Positions 57,455 to 64,000 of a stretch of DNA of 64,000 nucleotides are shown here, piece after piece. The position numbers and the translations under genes were made by a program. A model generated the notes under the pieces. The model saw only the letters and a list, made by a program, of their open reading frames with translations. It was not told where the DNA came from and searched no databases. Source of the stretch: a virus (Duplodnaviria > Caudoviricetes). The DNA is taken from positions 1 to 64,000 of the IMG/VR virus record IMGVR_UViG_2903352716_000007; one strand, given 5' to 3'. Positions within the stretch are counted from its first letter, which is position 1. The number at the start of each line of letters is the position of its first letter.

Positions 57455-58378
57455 TTACCGAAAGCCTTTTGGTTTTTTGCTGTAATCCACGTTTGCGTAG
57501 CTTGAACGGAACATAACGTCTTCTCGCTGGTGGGTGGAGCTTTTAAAGACATCCATCAGCTTGATGAACATGTGTTTGTAGCGCTTCTCGTTGGCGCTGA
57601 GTGCTGACAGTCGTTCCTGGTAGTTGCGTTCTGCGGTGTTGAGCTGGCCCTGTATCCGGGTCTGGTTAATTTGTTCATCCCACTGCGTCAACGTTTTGCC
57701 CTGCGGCACTTCCGAGTTATCCACAGAATTAGTATCACCCGTCCCAATATTTATCTTTTCTTTCTGACTTTTAGAAGGGGGTAATATCTTGTTTTGTAGC
57801 GCATTCTGCGCCCCCTCTCCGGGTATCGTTTTGCGCCCCCCTGATTTGGTGAAAAGCACGGATGACGCGGCTTTCAAGGCGAAGGCCATTACCTTTTGTT
57901 TCACTCTGCTGACAGTCTTCCGAAACAGGGAGATCGCCAGACAAAACAACATGGCCCCGCGTGTCAGTGTGCGCCTTGCTGTTTCAAGGCCAATTTTATC
58001 TTTGGGAATTTCAGACGTGAAAATAGCACGACCTGCAGCGCCGGATGTGAAGCGATCCAGTGTGGCGACAGAGACTTCTGCATCGAGGGCGAGCGTTTTA
58101 CGGCTGGCATAGCAAACCCCTGTGTGTGATGGGTTCACTTTGTTGGCAATGCTGGCGGCAATCAGTTTTCCGGTGCGGCTGATAAGCGTGGCAGGGAGGC
58201 ATAAAAAGGCGTGGCTGAGTTTGTACCCGGTGGGATAGCTTTTCTGAACCTCATTCCAAAGCGCGTTGTTGTCCATGCTGCGGTAGTGCTCAAAATCAGG
58301 TAGGTCGGCGCTGATCACATAGCCCTGCATATCAGTCCGTGGTTCCTTTGCGTTATCCATTTTTCTGTCTTTTTCCAT
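57455..58378 (-). CDS. repL: lytic replication initiator RepL-like
   Basis: wHTH YASRKTLALDAEVSVATLDRF; C-terminal YANVDYSKKPKGFR; similarity to P1 RepL N-terminus. Confidence 0.7.
   Translation of the reverse strand: MEKDRKMDNAKEPRTDMQGYVISADLPDFEHYRSMDNNALWNEVQKSYPTGYKLSHAFLCLPATLISRTGKLIAASIANKVNPSHTGVCYASRKTLALDAEVSVATLDRFTSGAAGRAIFTSEIPKDKIGLETARRTLTRGAMLFCLAISLFRKTVSRVKQKVMAFALKAASSVLFTKSGGRKTIPGEGAQNALQNKILPPSKSQKEKINIGTGDTNSVDNSEVPQGKTLTQWDEQINQTRIQGQLNTAERNYQERLSALSANEKRYKHMFIKLMDVFKSSTHQREDVMFRSSYANVDYSKKPKGFR
57717..57840. other. candidate lytic origin within repL
   Basis: TTATCCACA 57717-57725, AT-rich stretch, direct repeat TGCGCCCCC at 57807 and 57832. Confidence 0.45.
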
Positions 58379-58471
58379 CGTTATATTGATTCAGAAACCC
58401 TTCAGACGCGGGGCTTCCTGTCACTGAGTAACATTTGGTCAAAGATGATCGTGAGTGAGCAAAAAAAACAC

Positions 58472-58715
58472 TTGAGTGCCGGGATCGGCGCTAGTAAACT
58501 GGACGCGAGTCTAGTTACCAGACAACAAAAGGCCTTCGCTCAGTAAAGAACGTTTCATCTTTGTTGGCGGGGGAAAGCGGTTAGGGTTAATTCATATTTA
58601 CCTCCTTATTGCCTCCTTGTTTGTTCCCTTTTTTGTTGGTCTTGGTTGCTGACTTATCACATAGAATTTCAGGGGTTTAACCCCCGGCAAGAACCACCTG
58701 GCAGGGTGGTTTTTT
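58472..58715 (+). ncRNA. candidate antisense RNA with its promoter, opposite the repL leader
   Basis: TTGAGT-17-TAAACT (58472-58500); no RBS-led ORF; terminator AACCACC-TGGCAG-GGTGGTTTTTT (58692-58715). Confidence 0.5.
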
Positions 58716-58840
58716 GCTTTCTGCGGGTAATATCCCCCACGCATTTACAAAAAGCACGATCTTTTTAACCATGAAGATCCGGATCGTCTGGAAATGGATA
58801 CTATTCTGATCTCCTGTTTTTGACAATGCTGTATTTATTT

Positions 58841-58860
58841 ACACCTTAGTATTTATGTTA
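58841..58860 (-). promoter_or_regulatory. putative phage-repressor operator upstream of repL
   Basis: TAACATAAATACTAAGGTGT on minus; 17/20 identical to the 12531 copy. Confidence 0.55.
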
Positions 58861-58925
58861 TCTTTTGGTGGAAAAAGGGTATAAAAAACCGCCAGTTAAG
58901 GCGGTTGGGTTGAGACGGCAGGTGT

Positions 58926-59939
58926 TTATCGTTTAGGGCGCAACCAGAAAACGTCCTCATCACTGGCGGTCGTGACTTGTTTCCCCGGATCGCGTTGGCG
59001 TGGCGGGGTATCGCCTAAAGGCAGACCGGATGATACATGCCCTGCAGCCGACTCCAGCATCGCAGACAGTACCTGAATGTCTTCCTCCGTTTCCATTCGG
59101 ATCAGTGCCTGACGTTGCTCCTTGCTGATAAACACCGGCAGGTTGTTCAGCGTATCCCGCATAATGCGACGACGGGCTTTCGCCAGTTCACCATTGCTTT
59201 CCAGCATGGCGTTTTGCTCATTAACCCGCGATTGCGCCTCTTCTAACCGGCCCCGTAATGCCCACACCTGGCTTTCAAGATGGCTGGTATGATCCACGGC
59301 CTCAAACATCGCCTGGTCTTTCTGCAGGGTTTCAAAGTGATGACAAATGTCGATAGCGGCATTTGGGCTGAAGCCTGACTCAATCAGGGATGCAATCATG
59401 ATATCCGTGCGCGTATCGGCGGATTCCAGCATCAATGACTTTTTGTCCAGACTGATAAAGTTAGGTGTGGTCACGTAGTCGAAGCCATAGAACCCGGTGA
59501 CAATCGAACGAACGGAACTGTCGTCGCCGCTGGTGGCCCAGCTCCAGCCGCCAGCCTTTGATGCCTCCATACCGCTGACGATCTGGCCTGGCTCAGTGTC
59601 CAGAATTTCCTGGGTGTGCGTGACTACCCCATCATCGTCTACGGATACCGAAAGGGTACGGTTTGAGGGGACATTCGTCAGGGTTACGGGCTTGCCTTCC
59701 ACGACGGCTACGGATACTTCAGGCAGAGTAAGTTTGCCCGTTTTGGCGTAGTGCATAGCGCGGCGCCCGTGACCGTAATAGCCGTACATTTCACCGAGCG
59801 CGATACATTCCTGCACCGATGGGTTGCTGAAGGTGGCGCGAACGGACTTGAGAATGTAATTGCGCTCATTCTGTGGCGTGTGGCGGCGAATAGTGTCCAC
59901 CAGAGAAAAGCGATCAGTAACTGTTTTAAGTGATTTCAA
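58926..59939 (-). CDS. pro: prohead protease/head processing protein (P1 Pro-like)
   Basis: 337 aa; YGYYGHGRR, HTQEILDT, GGWSWA, GFDYV..PNF. Confidence 0.85.
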   Translation of the reverse strand: MKSLKTVTDRFSLVDTIRRHTPQNERNYILKSVRATFSNPSVQECIALGEMYGYYGHGRRAMHYAKTGKLTLPEVSVAVVEGKPVTLTNVPSNRTLSVSVDDDGVVTHTQEILDTEPGQIVSGMEASKAGGWSWATSGDDSSVRSIVTGFYGFDYVTTPNFISLDKKSLMLESADTRTDIMIASLIESGFSPNAAIDICHHFETLQKDQAMFEAVDHTSHLESQVWALRGRLEEAQSRVNEQNAMLESNGELAKARRRIMRDTLNNLPVFISKEQRQALIRMETEEDIQVLSAMLESAAGHVSSGLPLGDTPPRQRDPGKQVTTASDEDVFWLRPKR

Positions 59940-59954
59940 AATGTGCTCCGTGTA

Positions 59955-61643
59955 TTACTGTTGGGTCATAACGAATTTGGCGAAATTAAGCAGTTGCTCC
60001 CGGCTCCATGTCTCCGGGTTGCTGTCGTCGCCTTTTCCTGGAGTGGATTCGTACATCATGTCGTCGTGTTCAGAGGGGTCTTGAGTGGCGCTAAACTCCT
60101 TGATCATGGACTGCAGTGTTTGGTCATCCATCTTGAGTTGGTCGCAGAACAGGTAACGCATAAACGTCTCGCTACCCGCCAGTTTCGGGCTTTGCTGGAT
60201 CTGGTCGAGAATTTGCGTGATGACGGCGATGAAGTTGGCGCGGGAATCCTGATCGCGGGCTTCTTCCTGCATCAGCGCGGTATTGATGGAATTAAACTGT
60301 ACGGTGTACGGTCGCTGGTTCGGCAGGTAGGCTTTGCCGTGTTTGTACGCCAGGTGAATATCTGCGATTCGGTAAATCGCATCACTACCGGCCTGTCGCA
60401 ACCATTGCGCGCGGATCGCCGCCTGTATAGCAGTTTGCGCCCAGCCTCCTTCCCCCAGTCCTCCGGACATTTGGTCTGCCCATCCGAGCATCGTCGAATC
60501 AATGCCCAGGCTTGAACACAACTGGCGCAGGTGAAACATCACGTCTTCAATTCCGTTGATATCCGCCGGAATGTACTGGGTATCAATCGTGACGTTGTTC
60601 TTCCCGTCACCCATTACCGGGATCAGGTGGTTTAGCACCGTTGGCATTGTGTTGGCTTGCAGCGAACGCCGTGACATAGCATCGCTGTTGCGCTTCAGTG
60701 ACTGGCTTACCGTGCGCGTGTAGTTGGCGGCGTTTACCGGATCGAGGGTGCCGGTCGTCAGGGCGATCAGGCGGTCAATTTTGGCGGCGTTATAGCGGGT
60801 GGCTTTCAGGGCATTCAGGGCGCCGCAAAGGTTCATAAACGGTTCATATGAGTTCTCCAGAAAGCTGGTGCCGTAATTCTGCGTTTCGGCGAGGGTGTGC
60901 TGGGCTTGTTCGGTTAATAGCGAATAGCCGCGCGTACCCGTTGTGACCGGAATGATATTCCCCGATGGTGTCCAGAAAGGGTTTTTCATCGCCACGATTT
61001 CCCACGGATTAGCCAGCATTCGTTGCATCGTGTCCGGGGCTAGAAGGTAATCACCGGCGAACCCCGCCAGTGTGCCGCCTTTGTTGAACTCCTGAATGAA
61101 GTACGGGAGGGTGTAATAGGATGACTCAATATTGATGATGCCGCGCCCTGGCTCACCGTAGGGACGCATATAACCCACGCCAAAAATTGCCATGAGCAAT
61201 CCCCATGACGGCAAACCGGTGTTAATCATTTCCCCCAGGTCGTCCATTAGCTCGTTGCAGCGCGCTACGGTTTCTTTGTCGCCGGGATCTTTTGCCGCAA
61301 TGGTAAAGGCCAGCCCGGTACGTTTGCTGGGGGATAGCGCTTGCGCGATATGGATATTCAGCGCCTGTGAGACGGTTGCGCTTTTCGACATTTCTTCCAG
61401 CACGGTATACCGGGACAGTCTGTCCAGCGGCAGCTCAAGATTAATGCCTATGTGATCCGCTTGTGTGGTCAGTTCTCCGGGGGCGTCCTGCCGGTTGCCC
61501 GTCATAAATGACAGTCCAGATCGCGAAACAACGTTGTGACCACTACTGATGGGGAGTTGTGCCAGTGGCGTACTCGGCGCACTGGAGAACAGTTTTTTCA
61601 GGGCAGCGAGTGGCCCGGAGTTCGTCGATTTTCTGTTAGCCAT
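59955..61643 (-). CDS. prt: portal protein (P1 Prt-like)
   Basis: 562 aa; directly upstream of pro, divergent from darB as in P1. Confidence 0.85.
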   Translation of the reverse strand: MANRKSTNSGPLAALKKLFSSAPSTPLAQLPISSGHNVVSRSGLSFMTGNRQDAPGELTTQADHIGINLELPLDRLSRYTVLEEMSKSATVSQALNIHIAQALSPSKRTGLAFTIAAKDPGDKETVARCNELMDDLGEMINTGLPSWGLLMAIFGVGYMRPYGEPGRGIINIESSYYTLPYFIQEFNKGGTLAGFAGDYLLAPDTMQRMLANPWEIVAMKNPFWTPSGNIIPVTTGTRGYSLLTEQAQHTLAETQNYGTSFLENSYEPFMNLCGALNALKATRYNAAKIDRLIALTTGTLDPVNAANYTRTVSQSLKRNSDAMSRRSLQANTMPTVLNHLIPVMGDGKNNVTIDTQYIPADINGIEDVMFHLRQLCSSLGIDSTMLGWADQMSGGLGEGGWAQTAIQAAIRAQWLRQAGSDAIYRIADIHLAYKHGKAYLPNQRPYTVQFNSINTALMQEEARDQDSRANFIAVITQILDQIQQSPKLAGSETFMRYLFCDQLKMDDQTLQSMIKEFSATQDPSEHDDMMYESTPGKGDDSNPETWSREQLLNFAKFVMTQQ

Positions 61644-61663
61644 GTTTTGACCAGTACCCTTAT

Positions 61664-61712
61664 TAAATACAGACCGCTTAGATTTGCTGGGATTTTATTG
61701 GGTCTATGTTTT
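61664..61712. promoter_or_regulatory. two late-promoter motifs, one per strand, for darB and prt
   Basis: +: TAAATACAGAC-cgct-TAGATT (61664-61684); -: AAAACATAGAC-ccaa-TAAAAT (61712-61692). Confidence 0.65.
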
Positions 61713-61731
61713 ACGGGCATAAGGTTAAAAA

Positions 61732-64000
61732 ATGGCAAATCAGCTTTCAGAAGCAATAAATGGGGCATCAACGTTAAGTGAGTTGATAGCCGTCATACTC
61801 CGGGCGCGTAAAGTTCGAAGCGTGGCGCGATTCGGTATTGAGAAGGAAAGCGGCGTCAGTATTCAGCGAGCACGGCGACAAGCGAACAATGACGCTATGC
61901 GCCTGTTGAACGAACTCCCGCAAAACTTCAACGGCAACAACCTGAGCGACGAACAGCGCGCGATTCTGGCTGGCTATACGGGGGAGGGTGGCCTTTCTGA
62001 TGGCGGAAGCCAGTACGAATATTACACCCCGCCATTTATGGCAGAAGGTGTGTGGGATCTTCTTGCCGACTATGGCGTTACGTCCGGTCACGTGCTGGAG
62101 CCGTCGGCGGGGACCGGGATTTTTCAGGAGACGAAACCCGCCGGTGCGATCATGACGGCTGCAGAAATCTCCCTGGTGTCCGGTCGTATTAACCAGCTAC
62201 TTCACCCCGAAGACAGTGTGAATATTGGCGCGTTCGAAAGCCTGGCAGTTAACGTGCCTGATGATACCTACGACCACGCGGTCGGGAACGTCCCGTTTGG
62301 CGAAAGCCGCACCGGGTACGCTGAACTCGATCCGGCCTACAAAAACGAAACGAACGTCGGGCATTACTTCATCCTGCGAACCATCGACAAGGTTAAGCCG
62401 GGAGGCCTGATTGTGCTGGTGGTCCCGAACGGCATGACAGACGGCGGCGGAACGAATAAGAAGCTGCGTGACCGCGTATCCCGCAAGGCGGAGTTTTTGG
62501 GCGCCCATCGTATGCCGTCCGGCACCTTTGCCGAGAGTGGTACATCAACGGTGGTCGATGTTTGGGTATTACGCAAACACACGAAAGCACTGGCGACGAT
62601 CGTCAACGATGCCACCGACAAGACGCTCACCGGCGCGAATGTGCTGTGGCCTGTTTTCATCAAGGGCAAGTGGTTCCTCACTCCGGAAGGAAAGCGGTTT
62701 GTTCACGGCGAAACTGAGCGCTCATCTTTCAACAACATACTCACGGTCAAGAAGGATGGCCAACTCACCAACGCCGCAATGAAACAGGCGCTGTCCCGTC
62801 GTTTTGACAGTCGAATTGACTGGTCCATGCTCACCATTGAACAGGATGCTTATCAGGGCGCGGTCGAAGGCGACAAGCGGCTGGTGGGGGATATCTGGCA
62901 TGTATTCGACGGCGAAAAATGGATACGCGACACAACCACTAACCACACGGCAATTGATCCCGCCAGATTCGGTGCTGCAACGTTTGGTGATCTGCAGACG
63001 AAATGCCGCTCACTGCAGGGGCTGCTGTCACTGACTGCCAGCGAAATTAAAGCCGTCCTCGATGTTTACCCGTCACTGCTTACCGACCGGCAAAAGGGTG
63101 TCGTTTCCTTTGCGCTGAAGCAGAAGGCCAGCCAGCGTGAACGTGTTATGCGTGGTGGTCTGATCGGCCTGACGATTAACGATGCGCAGGACATGATCGC
63201 CCAGGGGTATGACGCCGGTTCCGTGCTGGTGGACGCGGCGCGCCTCACCGCCGAAGAGGTCGCCCGAAGTGGTTCGCCTAACGGTCTGCGGTTAACGGGG
63301 TTGTCTGACAGCAAAGCGAAGGCCTGGCTCACCTTTCAGGCGAACGTTACCCGGGAAGGCCAGCTATCGGATTTGCTGACCGGAAATATGAATGATAGCG
63401 AACTGAAAACACTGGATACCGCCAATCCGGAGCAGGTCGTTAGCCATTTGTTCAGCCAGATTGACCTGATCCCCGTCACCCTGGAGCAATTCAGGGAAGT
63501 ATGCACCGCCAAACTGCCAGAAAGTGATGATGCGTTACTGGCCTACCTTGCCGGGTTCCCCGAAATTGCGCTCGACGGCTACGGAAATATGCTGCCAATG
63601 TCCCGCGCCACCAGCGGGAACGTGCGCGGCAAAATAAACCATCTGGCTGGGCTGGTGAATGAGTACCCGGACGGGCCAGAAAAGCAAAACTTTGTCCGTC
63701 AGATGGAGCTTATTAATACCCGTCGTGTTGCCGCCCCGATTGACAAAATCAAGGTGAACCTTAACGCCCGTTGGCTTGACCGCCGTCTGATTAAGGAGTT
63801 TCTCGCCGAACAGGGTTATGACGCGTTCCGGTACACGAAGGATCTGGAAGTCGAGGACGGCTATCTGATCTCTGAGGATGATTACGACGGCAAGGACGGT
63901 GTTTTTACCGGGTATCAGCTACGAACGGTCAACGGCAAAGGTGGTGTTGCTGAATTTAAGAAGGCCAATAACAGCGATGGCTTCCTGAACCAGTTGGAGA
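61732..64000 (+). CDS. darB: DarB antirestriction methyltransferase-helicase, 3'-truncated by window edge
   Basis: Open frame from ATG 61732; EYYTPP, VLEPSAGTG, VGNVPF, HRMPSGTF. Confidence 0.9.
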   Translation, partial: MANQLSEAINGASTLSELIAVILRARKVRSVARFGIEKESGVSIQRARRQANNDAMRLLNELPQNFNGNNLSDEQRAILAGYTGEGGLSDGGSQYEYYTPPFMAEGVWDLLADYGVTSGHVLEPSAGTGIFQETKPAGAIMTAAEISLVSGRINQLLHPEDSVNIGAFESLAVNVPDDTYDHAVGNVPFGESRTGYAELDPAYKNETNVGHYFILRTIDKVKPGGLIVLVVPNGMTDGGGTNKKLRDRVSRKAEFLGAHRMPSGTFAESGTSTVVDVWVLRKHTKALATIVNDATDKTLTGANVLWPVFIKGKWFLTPEGKRFVHGETERSSFNNILTVKKDGQLTNAAMKQALSRRFDSRIDWSMLTIEQDAYQGAVEGDKRLVGDIWHVFDGEKWIRDTTTNHTAIDPARFGAATFGDLQTKCRSLQGLLSLTASEIKAVLDVYPSLLTDRQKGVVSFALKQKASQRERVMRGGLIGLTINDAQDMIAQGYDAGSVLVDAARLTAEEVARSGSPNGLRLTGLSDSKAKAWLTFQANVTREGQLSDLLTGNMNDSELKTLDTANPEQVVSHLFSQIDLIPVTLEQFREVCTAKLPESDDALLAYLAGFPEIALDGYGNMLPMSRATSGNVRGKINHLAGLVNEYPDGPEKQNFVRQMELINTRRVAAPIDKIKVNLNARWLDRRLIKEFLAEQGYDAFRYTKDLEVEDGYLISEDDYDGKDGVFTGYQLRTVNGKGGVAEFKKANNSDGFLNQLE

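Larger units (their letters stand above)
1..64000. mobile_element. P1-like phage-plasmid (partial genome)
   Basis: P1-like head, tail, dar/ddr, ref, dmt, repL, prt and pro genes occur together with an iteron plasmid replicon and partition genes; no host housekeeping genes. Confidence 0.95.

Overview
The whole window is a 64-kb slice of a divergent P1-like phage-plasmid (temperate myovirus that replicates as a plasmid), most likely from an Enterobacterales host. Homology calls come from recalled similarity to P1 proteins, motifs and gene order, not from database searches. Recognisable modules: ref; the baseplate/tail genes 26-25-7-24-6-5 interrupted by higBA; rdgC-dmt; a type Ib partition pair (ParA + RHH protein); PAAR-upfB-spanins; a P1/RepFIB-family plasmid replicon with iterons, GATC cluster and DnaA boxes; a long leftward early accessory operon; head/tail genes (23, 22, 21, pmgG, bplB, pmgC, tub, pmgB, sit, pmgA, bplA, 16, R, tail fibre, tfa); holin/antiholin; the antirestriction cluster hdf-darA-ddrA-ddrB-hxr; an NlpC/P60-type endolysin; repL; pro; prt; and the 5' part of darB. 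Best unexplained signals: (1) next to oriR, two small hydrophobic ORFs (28 and 25 aa) with a divergent transcript sharing a 21-bp repeat with their leader, i.e. a tisB/istR- or zorO/orzO-style type I toxin-antitoxin layout but with two peptides; (2) a 300-bp lattice of TCAY boxes in strict 8-bp phase, a likely centromere 21 kb from its par genes; (3) a 12-copy late-promoter motif and a 5-copy repressor-operator motif, both different from P1's; (4) a HEPN protein with four Zn ribbons, a convergent RES/HTH pair and a motif-dead dUTPase; (5) an antisense RNA/minigene leader upstream of repL; (6) a possible +1 frameshift in the tail chaperone gene. No tRNA, rRNA, CRISPR array or IS element was seen.
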